64,000 nt of DNA, from the NCBI GenBank assembly GCA_964016885.1, contig OZ024751.1:47616001-47680000 (forward strand), given 5' to 3'. A program made the translations under genes and the position numbers. Origin of the DNA: Eledone cirrhosa. Taxonomy: Eukaryota. The notes under the pieces were generated by a model. It saw only the letters and a list, made by a program, of their open reading frames with translations, was not told where the DNA came from and ran no database searches. Each line of letters opens with the position of its first letter. Position 1 is the stretch's first letter. Positions 41,025-56,475 of the stretch are shown here, piece after piece.

Positions 41025-41055
<31 letters not shown>

Positions 41056-41962
41056 GGCATAATTACATTTTCAAGAATACATATTATGCAAATAATATGC
41101 ATATATTCCACTGCAAAGGATAACTATAGCTTTCTTTAACACAATGCATGGGAGGGTATCGCCTTTATCTCTGTATATCTATCTCGGTGCGTGTGTTCCC
41201 TGCACCACGCCATCTTTCTTGTGGTCCACTAATGAACTGCTCTAATGAAACTGTATGTATACACATATATTAACTTTAAATGTGGAAGTAAATTTGCTGT
41301 CTATAGTAAAACCTCGAGACTATTCTTGAATAAGTATATGAATAGACACAGATATGTGTGTGGGGTGGTGGTGGTAGATAAATGCGCTCAGATACGGGTG
41401 GGTGAATATATATATATATATAAAATATAAGAATCAAAGCACTGTTCAAAACATAATGTTTTGAACAGTTCTTTGATTCCTATATCTCATATAACTGCTC
41501 TGTAAATCATCTGATGTTTTTACATTGAGCTACTTAACTTACTGGTAATAAGGTAGTAATACATTACTGCCTACCACTATTTAGGGTTTGTATAAAAAAT
41601 ACATATAACTGCATAAGGTTTTTGTATTTACATAACCATAAATAATATAATTAATACTATATATATATATATTAGAAAGTGAGGTTTTTTTTACAAAATG
41701 AAAAATAACCGAGGTGTCCTACACGAGTGAAAGTATAAAGAAAAAAAGATGAAATCGAAAATGCAATTGGAGTCTTATTTAAAAAAAAAACATATATATT
41801 TATTTATTTGGTTCCTTTACCGGTTTCGCAGTTCTTCTGCTTTTCAAAAGTAGAGTTGAGATGGAGGGTCTGTGGTTTTTCTCAGATAAAGGAACCAAAT
41901 AAATATATATATTTAAAAAAAAAAATAAGACTCCAGTTGCATTTTCGATTTCATCTCTTTTT

Positions 41963-42029
<67 letters not shown>

Positions 42030-42106
42030 AGATATATACATGTGTGTGTATGCATATATAAATATATACATATATATATATATATAATATATATATATAT
42101 ATATGT

Positions 42107-42180
42107 ACATATACATATATATATATTTTATATTTATATATATAAGAATATATATATACATATATATATATATATAAGTT

Positions 42181-42218
<38 letters not shown>

Positions 42219-42430
42219 TAAAATAACAGATTAAAGTTTAAGCAAAGAATCGCTGCTTTCACCCTTAACGGGGTCTTCTGAAGACCCCGTTAAGGGTGAA
42301 AGCAGCGATTCTTTGCTTAAACTTTAATCTGTTATTGTAATAAACATTTGCTCTACGGTTCTTATATATTTGATATATATTTATCCTTATCGAGCCCTCT
42401 TTGGATTTTAGTCTTCAAATTTATTATTAT

Positions 42431-42513
<83 letters not shown>

Positions 42514-42891
42514 GACTTTGATAACTTTGATAACTTTGATAGGTTTCGGCCAGTATTGGCCCAGGCCATGTCTAACTTAATAGTACCACCTGGCGAAGTC
42601 TTACAAATCAGTGTTTGGGCACCATGGCCCACTCGAGCAGAGAGTTATTGGTTACGGAGGCATATCCGGGTGTAGGAGGCTTATCCGGGATTTCTTGAAG
42701 GAATTTATCCAAAGACTTCTTGAACTTGATGGGGTGTGTCTCTGCTTTGATGTGTTTTGGTGTAATGTTAAAGAGTGCAGGGCCAATTGAGGTGAAATAA
42801 TTGTGCCGTATTGTTGTATATATACATATATATATATTTTATATTTATATATATAAGAATATATATATACATATATATATATATATAAGTT

Positions 42892-42929
<38 letters not shown>

Positions 42930-43141
42930 TAAAATAACAGATTAAAGTTTAAGCAAAGAATCGCTGCTTTCACCCTTAACGGGGTCTTCTGAAGACCCCG
43001 TTAAGGGTGAAAGCAGCGATTCTTTGCTTAAACTTTAATCTGTTATTGTAATAAACATTTGCTCTACGGTTCTTATATATTTGATATATATTTATCCTTA
43101 TCGAGCCCTCTTTGGATTTTAGTCTTCAAATTTATTATTAT

Positions 43142-43226
<85 letters not shown>

Positions 43227-43530
43227 GACTTTGATAACTTTGATAACTTTGATAGGTTTCGGCCAGTATTGGCCCAGGCCATGTCTAACTTAATAGTACC
43301 ACCTGGCGAAGTCTTACAAATCAGTGTTTGGGCACCATGGCCCACTCGAGCAGAGAGTTATTGGTTACGGAGGCATATCCGGGTGTAGGAGGCTTATCCG
43401 GGATTTCTTGAAGGAATTTATCCAAAGACTTCTTGAACTTGATGGGGTGTGTCTCTGCTTTGATGTGTTTTGGTGTAATGTTAAAGAGTGCAGGGCCAAT
43501 TGAGGTGAAATAATTGTGCCGTATTGTTGT
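42107..43530. repeat. Near-identical tandem duplication, period about 713 bp
   Basis: e.g. GACTTTGATAAC at 42514 and 43227; each unit has a family B palindrome and a LINE 3' end. Confidence 0.85.
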
Positions 43531-43745
43531 TATGTGATGCGAATAGGATTTTTGTCGTGGGTGGATAGCATGGGGCTCAAGCCTTGGGTGTACACTAAAG
43601 GTGATGCCAACATCATTTGGGTTAAGCTGATGGAATATTTTCCACATCATACAGATAATGTAGCGCTCACGGCGACGTTGAATAGAATAAAGTTTGAGCT
43701 TTTCTAAACGACCCCAATAGTCAAGGCCTGTCATGCCAACTATCT
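43227..43745 (-). mobile_element. 3' end of a CR1/Jockey-group non-LTR retrotransposon with (TATCAAAGT)n tail; shorter duplicate at 42514-42816
   Basis: ORF 43321-43734: YWGRLEKLKLYSIQRRRERYII...GPALFN...FKKSLDKFLQEIPDKP..NSLL, a typical LINE ORF2 C-terminus; short tandem-repeat tail. Confidence 0.8.
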
Positions 43746-44199
43746 TTTTTGTAATTGACCTTTGTATATATATGTGTTATATATATATATATATATTTGT
43801 CTGTATATATGTATATGTTTTATATATATATATAGGAACAAGTAGGACCCCGACGGCTGAGCTGATGCCGTTTCGACGGCTAATTTTTAGTCCAGAATTA
43901 GCCGTCGAAACGGATTGAGCTCAGCCGTCGGGGTCCTACTTGTTCCTATTACCCATTCTACTACCCTAAGTATTGAGTATTTTGGTGCGTTATGGTCCAT
44001 CTGGTTCCTTACCACATTTCCTTCGTTATATATATATATATGTATATGTGTTATATATATATATATAAATATATATATATATATTTGTATGCATATATGT
44101 ATATGTGTTATATATATATACATGCATATATGTTATATATATATGTTATATATATATATATATACATATATATATTTGTATATGTATATATATAAGGAA

Positions 44200-44410
44200 C
44201 GATCGACTTTGGTCAAATAGGACCGAGGGAACAATGTTTCCGTTGGTCTTTCCAATTGCTAATACTATCTATCGGTCGCAACTCCAGGTAGAAGGAGCAA
44301 CGTGAAATAAAGTGTCTTGCTGAAGGACATAACGCATCGCCTGGTCCAGGAATCGAACTCACAACCTTACGATTGCGAATCCAATTCTCTAATTACTCAG
44401 CCACACGCCT
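44200..44410 (-). mobile_element. Second tRNA-derived SINE family (GTCCTT.AGCAAGACACTT central domain)
   Basis: Minus strand has B-box-like GAGTTCGATTCC then GTCCTTCAGCAAGACACTTTATTTCAC; relatives at about 47030-47090 and 49600-49830. Confidence 0.65.
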
Positions 44411-44446
44411 TCACATATGTATATATATATGTTATATATATATTTT

Positions 44447-44611
<165 letters not shown>

Positions 44612-44796
44612 AGGTATGTATGTATACACTAAACGACACTATAAAGGGAATACAACCAAATTTGCGTGTTTGATATATTACTTTGAACCACCGGAGGTGA
44701 TAATCAAATATGAATGACAAGTAATTAGTGAGAGAGAATGATCCTTTGGTTTTGTCACACCCAGATGATACATTTTCTGGGCTTATTAGTACAATT

Positions 44797-44888
<92 letters not shown>

Positions 44889-45552
44889 GATGAGGTTTTT
44901 TTTTTTTTTAGAAAATGAAAAATAACCGAGGTGTCCTACACGAGTGAAAGTATCAGGAAAAAATATATATTTATTTGGTTCCTTTACCGGTTTCGCAGTT
45001 CTTCTGCTTTTCAAAAGTAGAATTGAGATGTAGGGGCTGTGGTTTTTCTGACATCTGGTTGGTCATTTGAATGTTATTTCTGTTTTATATGGAAAAAAGT
45101 GACTCGAAATGCGAGGTTTTTAGAGAAGTAATTTGGTTGGTTGTTGAATAAGTATAATTAATTTCGCGCCAGTTCGCGTTACAAAGTTCTTTAAACAAGG
45201 GGGAGGGGCCCTGTTTTTTTTTCATATATGAGTGAAGTTTGGTTGGTTGATGCAGTCACGCGAATAAGCACATCAGCTTTCGCGCCAGTTTGTTTTTGAA
45301 TTTCTTTTTACTTAAAAAAAGGATGGCTCACGAAGGCTATTTTTTATGAATGCAATTTGATTGGTTATAAATGAAATTATGACTGTCACGTGAACAAGTA
45401 CATTAAATTTCGCCTCCGTATTTTGGAATTTTTTTATAGCTCGTTAGAGAATTTTGTGCCAAACAAAAGATAATGGTCAAGAAAAAGGGATGGAGAGAGT
45501 TGTTCTGAGTTATTAAACATTTAAACAATTAAACTTCAGTGTTAAACATTTT

Positions 45553-45597
<45 letters not shown>

Positions 45598-45977
45598 GAA
45601 AATGAAAAAGATCGAGGGTTAGGATTAAAGTTTCTGTACTTAACTTTGAAAATAAAAAAACAAACAAACATAATATACAAGGAATGAATTAAGATATTAG
45701 AGATTATATTCAAGATTACGAGAATGATATATATATATATATATACACTTATTAATACAGCTAATAGCTTATTATTCAGTATAAACGTATCTAATGCTTA
45801 GAAAGTTTAACTTTATGTCAATCAGAACATAAGGAATATCCAAAATCTTAAAAAATACAGGTATATCATAGATAATCAATAAATTATAGCGAACAAATTG
45901 TAATTAAGTCTTAATATGGTTAATATGAAGAAAGAAATTAACTTTAATATGATATTCAAATGTATAAATTCTAAGTC

Positions 45978-46162
45978 GATTGGCAGTATCGGTAGAGGGT
46001 CGGACGCCATGCTTTTTAGTATAGAGTTACGGCTCTTTATGATCTGAGTTCAAATCCTGCCGAGGTTAACTTTGCCTTTCATACTTACGGGGTCGATAAA
46101 ATAAAGTACCAGTAATGCACTGGGATAATTGCTGGCCTTGTGCCAAAAGTAGAAATAATTAT
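45978..46162 (+). mobile_element. SINE copy
   Basis: Full match to consensus. Confidence 0.85.
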
Positions 46163-47249
46163 TTCACATGTAAGAGCAAGCACATATCTGTAATTAATCA
46201 ATATTAGTTTACTAAGTATAACAGATTTAAAGGAGTTTAATTATAGAGTATTTGAGTATTTTAATAATCCCCTAAAATAAATAAATTATAATCTATTCTG
46301 TGTTCTTTGTGGAAAGAAAATAATAATTTTGTGTTTACGATTTAAAAGAGGTTTATCAAATATTGCTATTTCAAGAGCTTCAAACGAACAAAGGGTAAAA
46401 AGACCGTCATCTCTATATAAACTGCTTCCAAATTGAGGTATATGTCCATTAGTTTATATAAAAAATACAAATCCATAACATCCGTAAGCTGGGAAAGGTC
46501 ACTAGATCCTATGGTTATATAAAGATCATAATCTCTAACTTTCGGAGTTCAACAAAATCTTTCAAATTCTATCATAGCACGTTTAGCAACAATGATGATA
46601 CCGATTTCTGTTTAGATAAATTAGTAACTTTTCTACGTATATACATACATAAATATATACATACATGCATACATATATACATACACACATACATACATAT
46701 ATAAGTATAAGTACAATCCATTAATGGAACAGTAAAAATATGTAAAACATTCCAAAATTTTGCATCTAATAACTGCATATACACATGTACAGTTACAAAG
46801 CATATACACATGCACACATACAACTCAAAACATACACATCCACACATACAATAACATACATATCTACCTAGTTGATGTTGTGTAAATTCCAATGAGAGAG
46901 CCTTGTGTCTATGTTAGAAACCGACACTGGCTCTATTGGCAAACATTTGTAAAATTATAAAACCAGAAGAACATACATACATACATACATATGTTTGTAT
47001 AGTCAGTTTTGCTGTTAAACAGCAAAACCGACTATAATGTCTTGCTGAAGGACACAATACGTCGCCTTGGATGGAAGTCACAAACTTATGAACCTCTATT
47101 GGTAAAAATTTGTGACATTATACATGCATATATATATATATATATTTTCCCCATATCTTATGTTAACTATTTTCCCATTTTGACGCTATAGTCGCATATA
47201 TGTTATGGAATACTGTTAGCTTCTCGCTACAACAATTTCTATACTTTTC

Positions 47250-47290
<41 letters not shown>

Positions 47291-47516
47291 CACATAATCT
47301 ATACCTAGTTAAGGATTTCCAGCAACCTGTATGTGTCAGCGAAATCCCAGATTTGAAAATTAACATCACATGTTCAACGTTTCAGCGAAATTAACTCAAG
47401 TTCCGCCACCCACGATTTTCATTAACGTCACTCTTACAACTTCATCTAATTGTTGGCACTAATACAATACGAAACAACTTTTACACCTTGGTGCGTATAA
47501 GTGTGCGGTGCGTGTG

Positions 47517-47670
<154 letters not shown>

Positions 47671-48294
47671 ACCCGAGAAAATATCTGTGTGTGTCATCAA
47701 ATGATGTACACACATAGATATTTTTTCAATTTCCAATTGAGTTCTTAGCACGTGGCCTGAATTCCTTTCAGAGTTCATTGTCACGCGCATGTATTGTTTT
47801 TTTTTTTGGCGGTAATTCACTTCCTCATTTTTTTAATCAGTTCGAGCACTTCATTCAGAACTGCTGGACTGGCAACCTGACAGATACCTCAGGCACAGAA
47901 AGTGATTATCGCTAAATGCTGATGTTGGTTAGATTATCAATACTACTATTATTGGGGCACCCACTGATGAATTATAGGAGCGCACTTGAATATATATCTA
48001 TTGATGGTATACAAGCTCCTACATTAATTGGTATAATTTCACCCAAATTGTAGGAATCCTATAATGAAACGAGACGTCCGTCTGGGAAGAGATATATTAG
48101 ATATGTCTCATTTGAAATAATACAGCCAACTTTCCACGCAATACTTTTAGTTAGCACCCCGAACACATAATTGGGAATATAATCACCTATTTCCTAATGT
48201 TTGTTCAGTGAGTTGGAATTTGGCCGGAGTATCGCTAAAAAGCTTTCTCCGTTATTGTATTTATATATATATATATATTTATATATATATGTAC

Positions 48295-48345
<51 letters not shown>

Positions 48346-48482
48346 CACATATATGTATATATATATGTATATATTTATATATATATGTATATATATTTAT
48401 ATATATGTATATATATTTATATATATGTATATATATATACATGTATGTATATATATATATATATACATATATATAAATATAT

Positions 48483-48543
<61 letters not shown>

Positions 48544-48904
48544 CGCGTGTGTGTGTGTATATATGTATGTATGAAACATATATATATATATACATATACA
48601 TATACATATATACATACATAAAGTATCGAGTACATGTATGTGACTTAAAGTAAAGTCACACGTGAAGAAGGAAATCGATTTCAAGTCAATCGGTAATTAC
48701 ATCTACCGGTCAACTCAAAGTCACGTTTAACAAATTGCCATATCATATACTAATGGTAATCAAGAAACACTTATGAAAACGCCACACACGTGTACGTCAG
48801 TACCAGGCTGTAAAACCCACCTTAGGAAGCTACTATATCTTAGGAAGAAGGAAAGGGAAGCCACGTGGTGGTCATATTCAGTAATCTTTTGACAATTACT
48901 CAAT

Positions 48905-48974
<70 letters not shown>

Positions 48975-50103
48975 TAAGAGAGAGAGAGAGAGGGAGAATG
49001 ATACATACATACGAGCAGAATAAATAAATGGTGGATTACACCGAGTTGACAGCTTTCTATGGTGGATTATAACGAGATGACCAGCTTTTATGTCCACACT
49101 ACAGCGCGAATACCAGATTTCTATGGGTAAACGATGCTGCATTTATACAATTCGTGTATATAGGATTACGCAGAAGAAATATAAGCTAATCAACCAGGCA
49201 TACAAAACCTCAGACTGGCTTATAGATTCTTACAAATATTGTTTACTCCGCAGCTGGTTTGTGAAAGAACGTTTTCAATCATAAAATTCATCAAGAATAG
49301 GTTAAGAAGTACTTTGATTTCTGATTAGTGGGAGGTATTTCTTCTGATGCCGTTGAAAAAAATTATTTCTTCGTAGTATTGATCACGATATTATTGTCAG
49401 TGATACGCCGACGAAAGGTTTGACACTAGCAAAAGAAATGTATTATTTGTAACATCATTCTGCAAAGCCAATAAATTAGGATTTCTAATATCCTTTTATC
49501 AAAATAGACTTGTATGTTAAATTTCTTTCATCAAAATAGACTGGTATGTTAAAATACTCTGTATAAGTATTTAGTTCAAGTTAAAGTCTCTTCTAAGCTG
49601 AAGCCTTATCAGGTCGGTTGTTTATCCCTGGTTTCTTTGGCGTTAAACAACTAAGAATGGAGGACTCTCCCTGGACAAGGCGCTGATATATCGCAGGATT
49701 AACGTCCCAGCTTCCTTTGGTATTCATTCAATCAGCTGAGTGTACTTAAGCAACGTGAAATAAAGTGCTTTTCTCAGGAACACAACACAGCACCTTAGCT
49801 AGGAATCGAACCGACGACGTACACTAAGCATCCTAGGCATTATACCTAGTAATATTACAGCTACAGCCTGACGAAGATCGTCGCCTCCGTACCAGTAATT
49901 TGTAGGGGATTGGTTGTTGTTAGGCTGAGTGTGTTTTAGATATAATTATGAAGGATGTGTGATTAGGTTTACTTTATGTCTATTGTGGTATGTTTCTGCT
50001 AGGTAAATTTGAATGTAAATATATGGACAATATTTGCATAAGTTCATGGATAGCAAGGATTTGGAATCACTTTGTTTGAATTTATACTATGGCTATTAAC
50101 GTT

Positions 50104-50172
<69 letters not shown>

Positions 50173-50379
50173 ACAGTTTAAATGTTCAATTTGCTAACCA
50201 ATCAATTATTTTTCAATGAAGCAATGTTTATTTGGCTTGTTATTCTAAAAACTTGTGTTAAAATATTCTACTTTCTCTAAAATACACTGTCTAGCTATAT
50301 TGTATTGTACAGTATATCTTATATATCACACATGTTTGATTTTCGTAAAGGGACAGTGCTTATGTTGTATTATTATTAC

Positions 50380-50920
50380 GCGGTGGATTGGCAGTATCGG
50401 CAGGGAGTCGGACAACATGCTTTGTAGCATAGAGTTACGGCCCTTTATGATCTGAGTTCAAATCCCCCCGAGGTTAACTTTACCTTTCATCCTTACGAGG
50501 TCGATAAAATAAAGTACCAGTCACGCACTGGGGTCGATTTAATCGACTTTCCCCTCCCCCCAAAATTGCTGGCCTTGTGCCTATATAAGAAACCATTACA
50601 ATTACGCGGTGGATTGGCAAGTATCGGTAGAGGGACGGACGCCATGCTTTGCAGCAAAGAGTTACGTCCCTTTATGGTCTGAGTTCAAATCCCGCCGAGG
50701 TTAACTTTGCCTTTCCTTACGGGGTCGATAAAATAAAGTACCAGTAATACACTGATATAATTGCTGGCCTTGTGCCAAACAGTAGAAACAATTATTGTAC
50801 ACTCTGATTATTAAATCCCACCGATGTCACATTTGCCCCTTCATAATTCTGGGGAAGTGGTCGATAAAATAAAGTTCCAGTTTAGAACCAGGGTCGGTAT
50901 GATTGACTGTCCCTTACCCA
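50380..50920 (+). mobile_element. Head-to-tail SINE copies (50380-50600, 50606-50795, degraded 50810-50920)
   Basis: Matches to consensus; the first keeps an extra GTCGATTTAATCGAC hairpin segment. Confidence 0.85.
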
Positions 50921-50926
50921 CAAATA

Positions 50927-50966
<40 letters not shown>

Positions 50967-51082
50967 TTGAAATAAAATGAAAACGAAATTTCATTTCTCA
51001 CTCTTAGTATGGCACTTACTTAAATGTAAGTATGTATGTATACGTACATACATATATGTATACAGACGTACAGTAGCATGCA

Positions 51083-51126
<44 letters not shown>

Positions 51127-51289
51127 TACATACAGGTACACATACATAGTACATCGTTCCTGTGTCAGTGTTGAACAAAAAGGTGACGTGGTTGCCTTAA
51201 CACCGTATGGCATAAATTCAGGCTGTTCAGTTTGTTTACAAACGAACAAAGCGGCGTTATAATAAGTGTCCGCTAAATTGATGCGTGCA

Positions 51290-51353
<64 letters not shown>

Positions 51354-51432
51354 TGCTACTGTACGTCTGTATACATATATGTATGTACGTATACATACAT
51401 ACTTATATATATATATATATATTAATCTGTTA

Positions 51433-51500
<68 letters not shown>

Positions 51501-51642
51501 TAACAAATTAAAGTTTAACATTTATTATTATTACTATATATATAACAAAGAAAGTGTGGTAAGGAACCAGGTGGACCATAACGCACCAGAGTACTCGATA
51601 CTGCAACGGCCAGAGCTCACCCGTCGGGGTCCTGACTATTTT

Positions 51643-51691
<49 letters not shown>

Positions 51692-51831
51692 GATAAATCT
51701 ACCAAGAGTTTACGGTAGTAAATATACATGCCAATTCTAACACATATATATCCCAGAAACGATCGTTAAATAATGAACTTTTTTTGTTTAATATAAGGAA
51801 CTGTTTCATTGTTTTATTCATTATTTTTTTA

Positions 51832-51905
<74 letters not shown>

Positions 51906-51933
51906 CATATATACATAGAAATGCATATATTCA

Positions 51934-51996
<63 letters not shown>

Positions 51997-52184
51997 TATA
52001 CATATATATATATATATATATTTTATTTATATATATATATATATATATATTTATAACGATATTAACAAATGGAAAACTATATTTATAAAACCATATTTAT
52101 TTTATTATACATATTTCAAGGACACCACGTTAAATTATGGTGTGCTTTCATCAGACAAAATACAATATAGATCAGTTTTATAAA

Positions 52185-52322
52185 TAATTGTTTCTACTTT
52201 AGGCACAAGGCCAGCAATTACCCAGTGCATTACTGGTACTTTATTTTATCGACCCCGTAAGGATGAAAGGCAAAGTCAACCTCGGCGGGATTTGAACTCA
52301 GATCGTAAAGGGACGTAACTAG
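52185..52322 (-). mobile_element. 5'-truncated SINE copy
   Basis: Reverse complement of consensus; bracketed by a direct repeat of ATCAGTTTTATAAATAAT (possible TSD). Confidence 0.75.
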
Positions 52323-52504
52323 TAATCAGTTTTATAAATAATACCCTTAAATAATACCCTTAAAAAATGCAACCATTACTGTTGGAAGCTCCCGGATAGT
52401 GGAGTTGTTTACTTATATTATTATTAGTATTGGATATTTTTATTTTTAAAATAAGCCGTTGGGTTACAGAGAAAGAAAAAGGAGAGAGAGAATAAGAGAG
52501 AAAG

Positions 52505-52614
52505 AAATAAAAAAATAAAAAATAAAAAATAAAAAATAAAAAATAAAAAATAAAAAATAAAAAATAAAAAATAAAAAATAAAAAATAAAAAATAAAAAAT
52601 AAAAAATAAAAAAT

Positions 52615-52651
<37 letters not shown>

Positions 52652-52870
52652 AAATAAAAAATAAAAAATAAAAAATAAAAAATAAAAAATAAAAAATAAA
52701 AAATAAAAAATAAAAAATAAAAAATAAAAAATAAAAAATAAAAAATAAAAAATAAAAAATAAAAAATAAAAAAGAAAAAAGAAAAAATAAAAAAGAAAAA
52801 AGAAAAGATAAAAAAGAAAAAAGAAAAAAGAAAAAAGAAAAAAGAAAAAAGAAAAAAGAAAAAAGAAAAA
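52505..52870. repeat. (AAAAAAT)n grading into (AAAAAAG)n heptamer repeat
   Basis: Directly visible. Confidence 0.95.
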
Positions 52871-53047
52871 AGAGAGAAAATAGAGAGAGATACCAAAACA
52901 ACAGAGAGAGAAAAATATAGAAATCATGATGATTTCCTCCGAATGAAACAGTTCTAGTCATGTAGAACCATTTCTATATTAAATTACTTTTACTCTGCTA
53001 TGTATTGAGTACCTTACTTACTGTGGTTATTCCCGGTTTAACTCGGG

Positions 53048-53134
<87 letters not shown>

Positions 53135-53945
53135 TGCATACGTAGACATAGACATGCATATATGCAATATATATATACACATACATACAATCTTACTAAT
53201 GTCTACCTCTTACTTTAAACTATATTTACTTCCATCTGGTACATTTACATATGTAAGTGATATTTATTTATTTGGTTCTAGCTATCTGATTCTTCAGTAA
53301 TGAACTGTCTTTCCTTGATAGATTAGTGACACGTAAGTAAGTCGATTAAAATTACTTAATACACTAATACTTTGTATATATACAAAGCATCCCCAAAATG
53401 TATACACACCTCAACAGCATTCTAATAAATATTGACTGTACAGGTAATCAAAGTGTGTATACAATTTTTGGGACATCCTGTATATACGAGGTTCGACTAA
53501 AACGTTCATAGGCTGACTATGTCCAGCATATATATGTGTAGGTATGTATATTCCCTCTGATAGTTTGTAAAAATTTTACATAGATCTATATGATATACAT
53601 ACCAACACACACATATATATCCTAGAAACGATCGTAAAATGATGAATTTTTTAATATAAGGAACTGTTTCTTTGTTTTTATTCATTATTTTTATTAATTT
53701 ATTTAGACTCTGTTTTCCTGTGTTTTTCATCGAAAAAATTTTGAATACATCTTCTCTTTTCATGATATTTGGATTACATTGAGTTCTTCTACGGATTGGA
53801 CACTACCGTATATTTTGGTAGATTTATCTACATACTTTGCTCCTAATTTTATAAAGGTATTCATATATTTATATATATATATATAATTTTATAACTCCCT
53901 ATATATATAGTTGAGCTCTTTTTCTTGTCCATTATCTATATCACA

Positions 53946-54059
53946 ATGGAAAAACAATACTTGGGAACTTCTTTAAAGAATATACCAATACCTTCTAAGG
54001 ATGAATTCTTACTTCTTATGATACAAAGAATTCAAAATACTCTTTCCATTCAAAACTGA
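53946..54059 (+). pseudogene. N-terminal fragment of a Naiad-like PLE ORF
   Basis: MEKQYLGTSLKNIPIPSKDEFLLLMIQRIQNTL resembles the SLKNIPIPS N-terminal motif recalled for Naiad PLE proteins; lies downstream of a GAAACGATCGTA HHR half-motif in a segment duplicated at 54403-54707. Confidence 0.55.
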
Positions 54060-54227
54060 AGTCTGCTTTCCTCTACCCCTAAATTAAATTTCTATTACTA
54101 CTATTCTATCATCTTGACCACTTACTACCTTTCTATTGGTCAATTCAAAACCTGTTCCCAAACAGACCTATTATATTAAATCTTTGTTGTTTTTTTTCAA
54201 TAAACAAATATCATTATTTCTATCGAT

Positions 54228-54392
54228 GGAGGGTCGGACGCCATGCTTTCCAGCATAGTTACGTCCCTTTACGATCTGAGTTCAAATCCCGCCGAGGTTG
54301 ACTTTGCCTTTCATCCTTACGGGGTCGATAAAATAAAGTACCAGTAATGCACTGGGTAATTGCTGGCCTTGTGCCTAAAGTAGAAACAATTA
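54228..54392 (+). mobile_element. SINE copy
   Basis: Match to consensus. Confidence 0.85.
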
Positions 54393-54702
54393 TTTCTGAA
54401 GACAGCATATATATGTGTAGGTATGTATATTCCCTCTGATAGTTTGTAAAAATTTTACATAGATCTATATGATATACATACCAACACACACATATATATC
54501 CTAGAAACGATCGTAAAATGATGAATTTTTTAATATAAGGAACTGTTTCTTTGTTTTTATTCATTGTTTTTATAAATTTATCTAGACTCTGTTTTCCTGC
54601 ATTTTTCATCGAAAAAAATTTGAATACATCTTCTCTTTTCATGATATTTGGATTACATTGAGTTCTTCTACGGATTGGACACTACCGTATATTTTGGTAG
54701 AT

Positions 54703-54901
<199 letters not shown>

Positions 54902-55564
54902 TATATATATATATATATATATATTATATTATATATATATTATATGTTATATTATATATATATATGTGTGTGTTTGTGTGTGTACAGAGAGAGGGGGAAA
55001 GTGACGTGGAGGATGTTAGCGAAAAGAGGTGAATTAAAACCAATACGTCATAGAAAGAAATCGATATGAACTGTTTTGGTGTGTTCTTAAAGAATAAACC
55101 TATCTGCTTTTGTTGATATGATTGTCATTTCTATTATTATCATTATTATTATTATTATTATTGTTGTTGTTTATTTATTGTGTTTGTTGTTTTGTTGCCT
55201 TTTTTCTCCTCCTCAAAATCCCAAATCGTGATTATTCAAAACATATTCCATGGTTACAAATATTCTAACAGGTTTCCTTCTGTAATAGGCTGACAAAGAT
55301 TCGTAAGCATTTGTTTACCAATATGGAATTTTTTTTATATATTTACACGCACACACACACACATCGACACACAACCACACTCACACACACACACAGAGAT
55401 GACACAAAGATGTATCATATATGTATGGATGTGCGTCGTGTGCATTTGTGTGTGTATATCTATATCTATATATATATATATATATATATGTATATGTGTG
55501 TGTGTGTATATATATATATATAAATATATATGTATATGTATATAAATATATATGTATATGTATG

Positions 55565-55597
<33 letters not shown>

Positions 55598-55774
55598 GTG
55601 TTTATATATATATATATATATATTTTCACAAGTCACTCCCACTCATTCCGTCTATATATATATAGTAATAATAATAAATTTGAAGACTAAAATCCAAAGA
55701 GGGCTCGATAAGGATAAATATATATCAAATATATAAGAACCGTAGAGCAAATATTTATTAAAATAACAGATTAA

Positions 55775-55825
55775 AGTTTAAGCAGAGAATCGCTGCTTTC
55801 ACCCTTAACGGGATCTTCTGAAACT
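55775..55825 (-). ncRNA. Family B HHR-like motif in the longest family B copy (55665-55940)
   Basis: Minus strand AGTTT-CAGAAGA-tCCCgttaaGGGt-GAAA-GCAG..CTGC-TT-AAACT. Confidence 0.6.
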
Positions 55826-56475
55826 AACAAAGTCAATCTGTAAACGCAGAAGTGGATATTTCAAAAAACGTTGCAACCGGAGGAAGACAGGAAGACGATA
55901 CTTTGGTTCGTGGAAACGTTCGCTGGCAAAGAACGGGAATATATAAATGTGTGTGTGTATATATATATATATATAAATATATATGTATATGTATATAAAT
56001 ATATATGTATATGCATGTATATATATATATATGTTTATATATATATATATATATACACATATGTTGTATATATACATATCTTTTTGTATATATATATATA
56101 TACAGTTTTATCTATTTATCTACATCTTTTCCTCTTTACTTCTCTCTCGCTCCCTTTATAAGTGCGTGCGTGTGTGTTTGTGTGTGTGTATGTGTGTGTG
56201 TGTGTCTCACATGTCTCTGTCCCATAACAGTGATAAAATGACACTAGGCATGAAAAAAATACGTATTGACCATATCAAGTCAGGAGTCCATCTTGACCTC
56301 AGATTAGTAACAGAAAACTGCAGATTGGTGAAAGACTACATATCATACATCAATTCAGTACAATTATGAAATATATTATTATAGTTTAATGCTTATATGT
56401 GCTAGTAAAATAATTTTAATGTTTCGGACATTAATCCTTCATTAAAAGATGGAAGGAGAGGTAGAAGAAGAAATA

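Noticed and set aside
45597-46620. Possible heavily decayed Penelope ORF (KENEKD..LKFLYLTL) split by a SINE
   Set aside because: Too degenerate to call without an alignment
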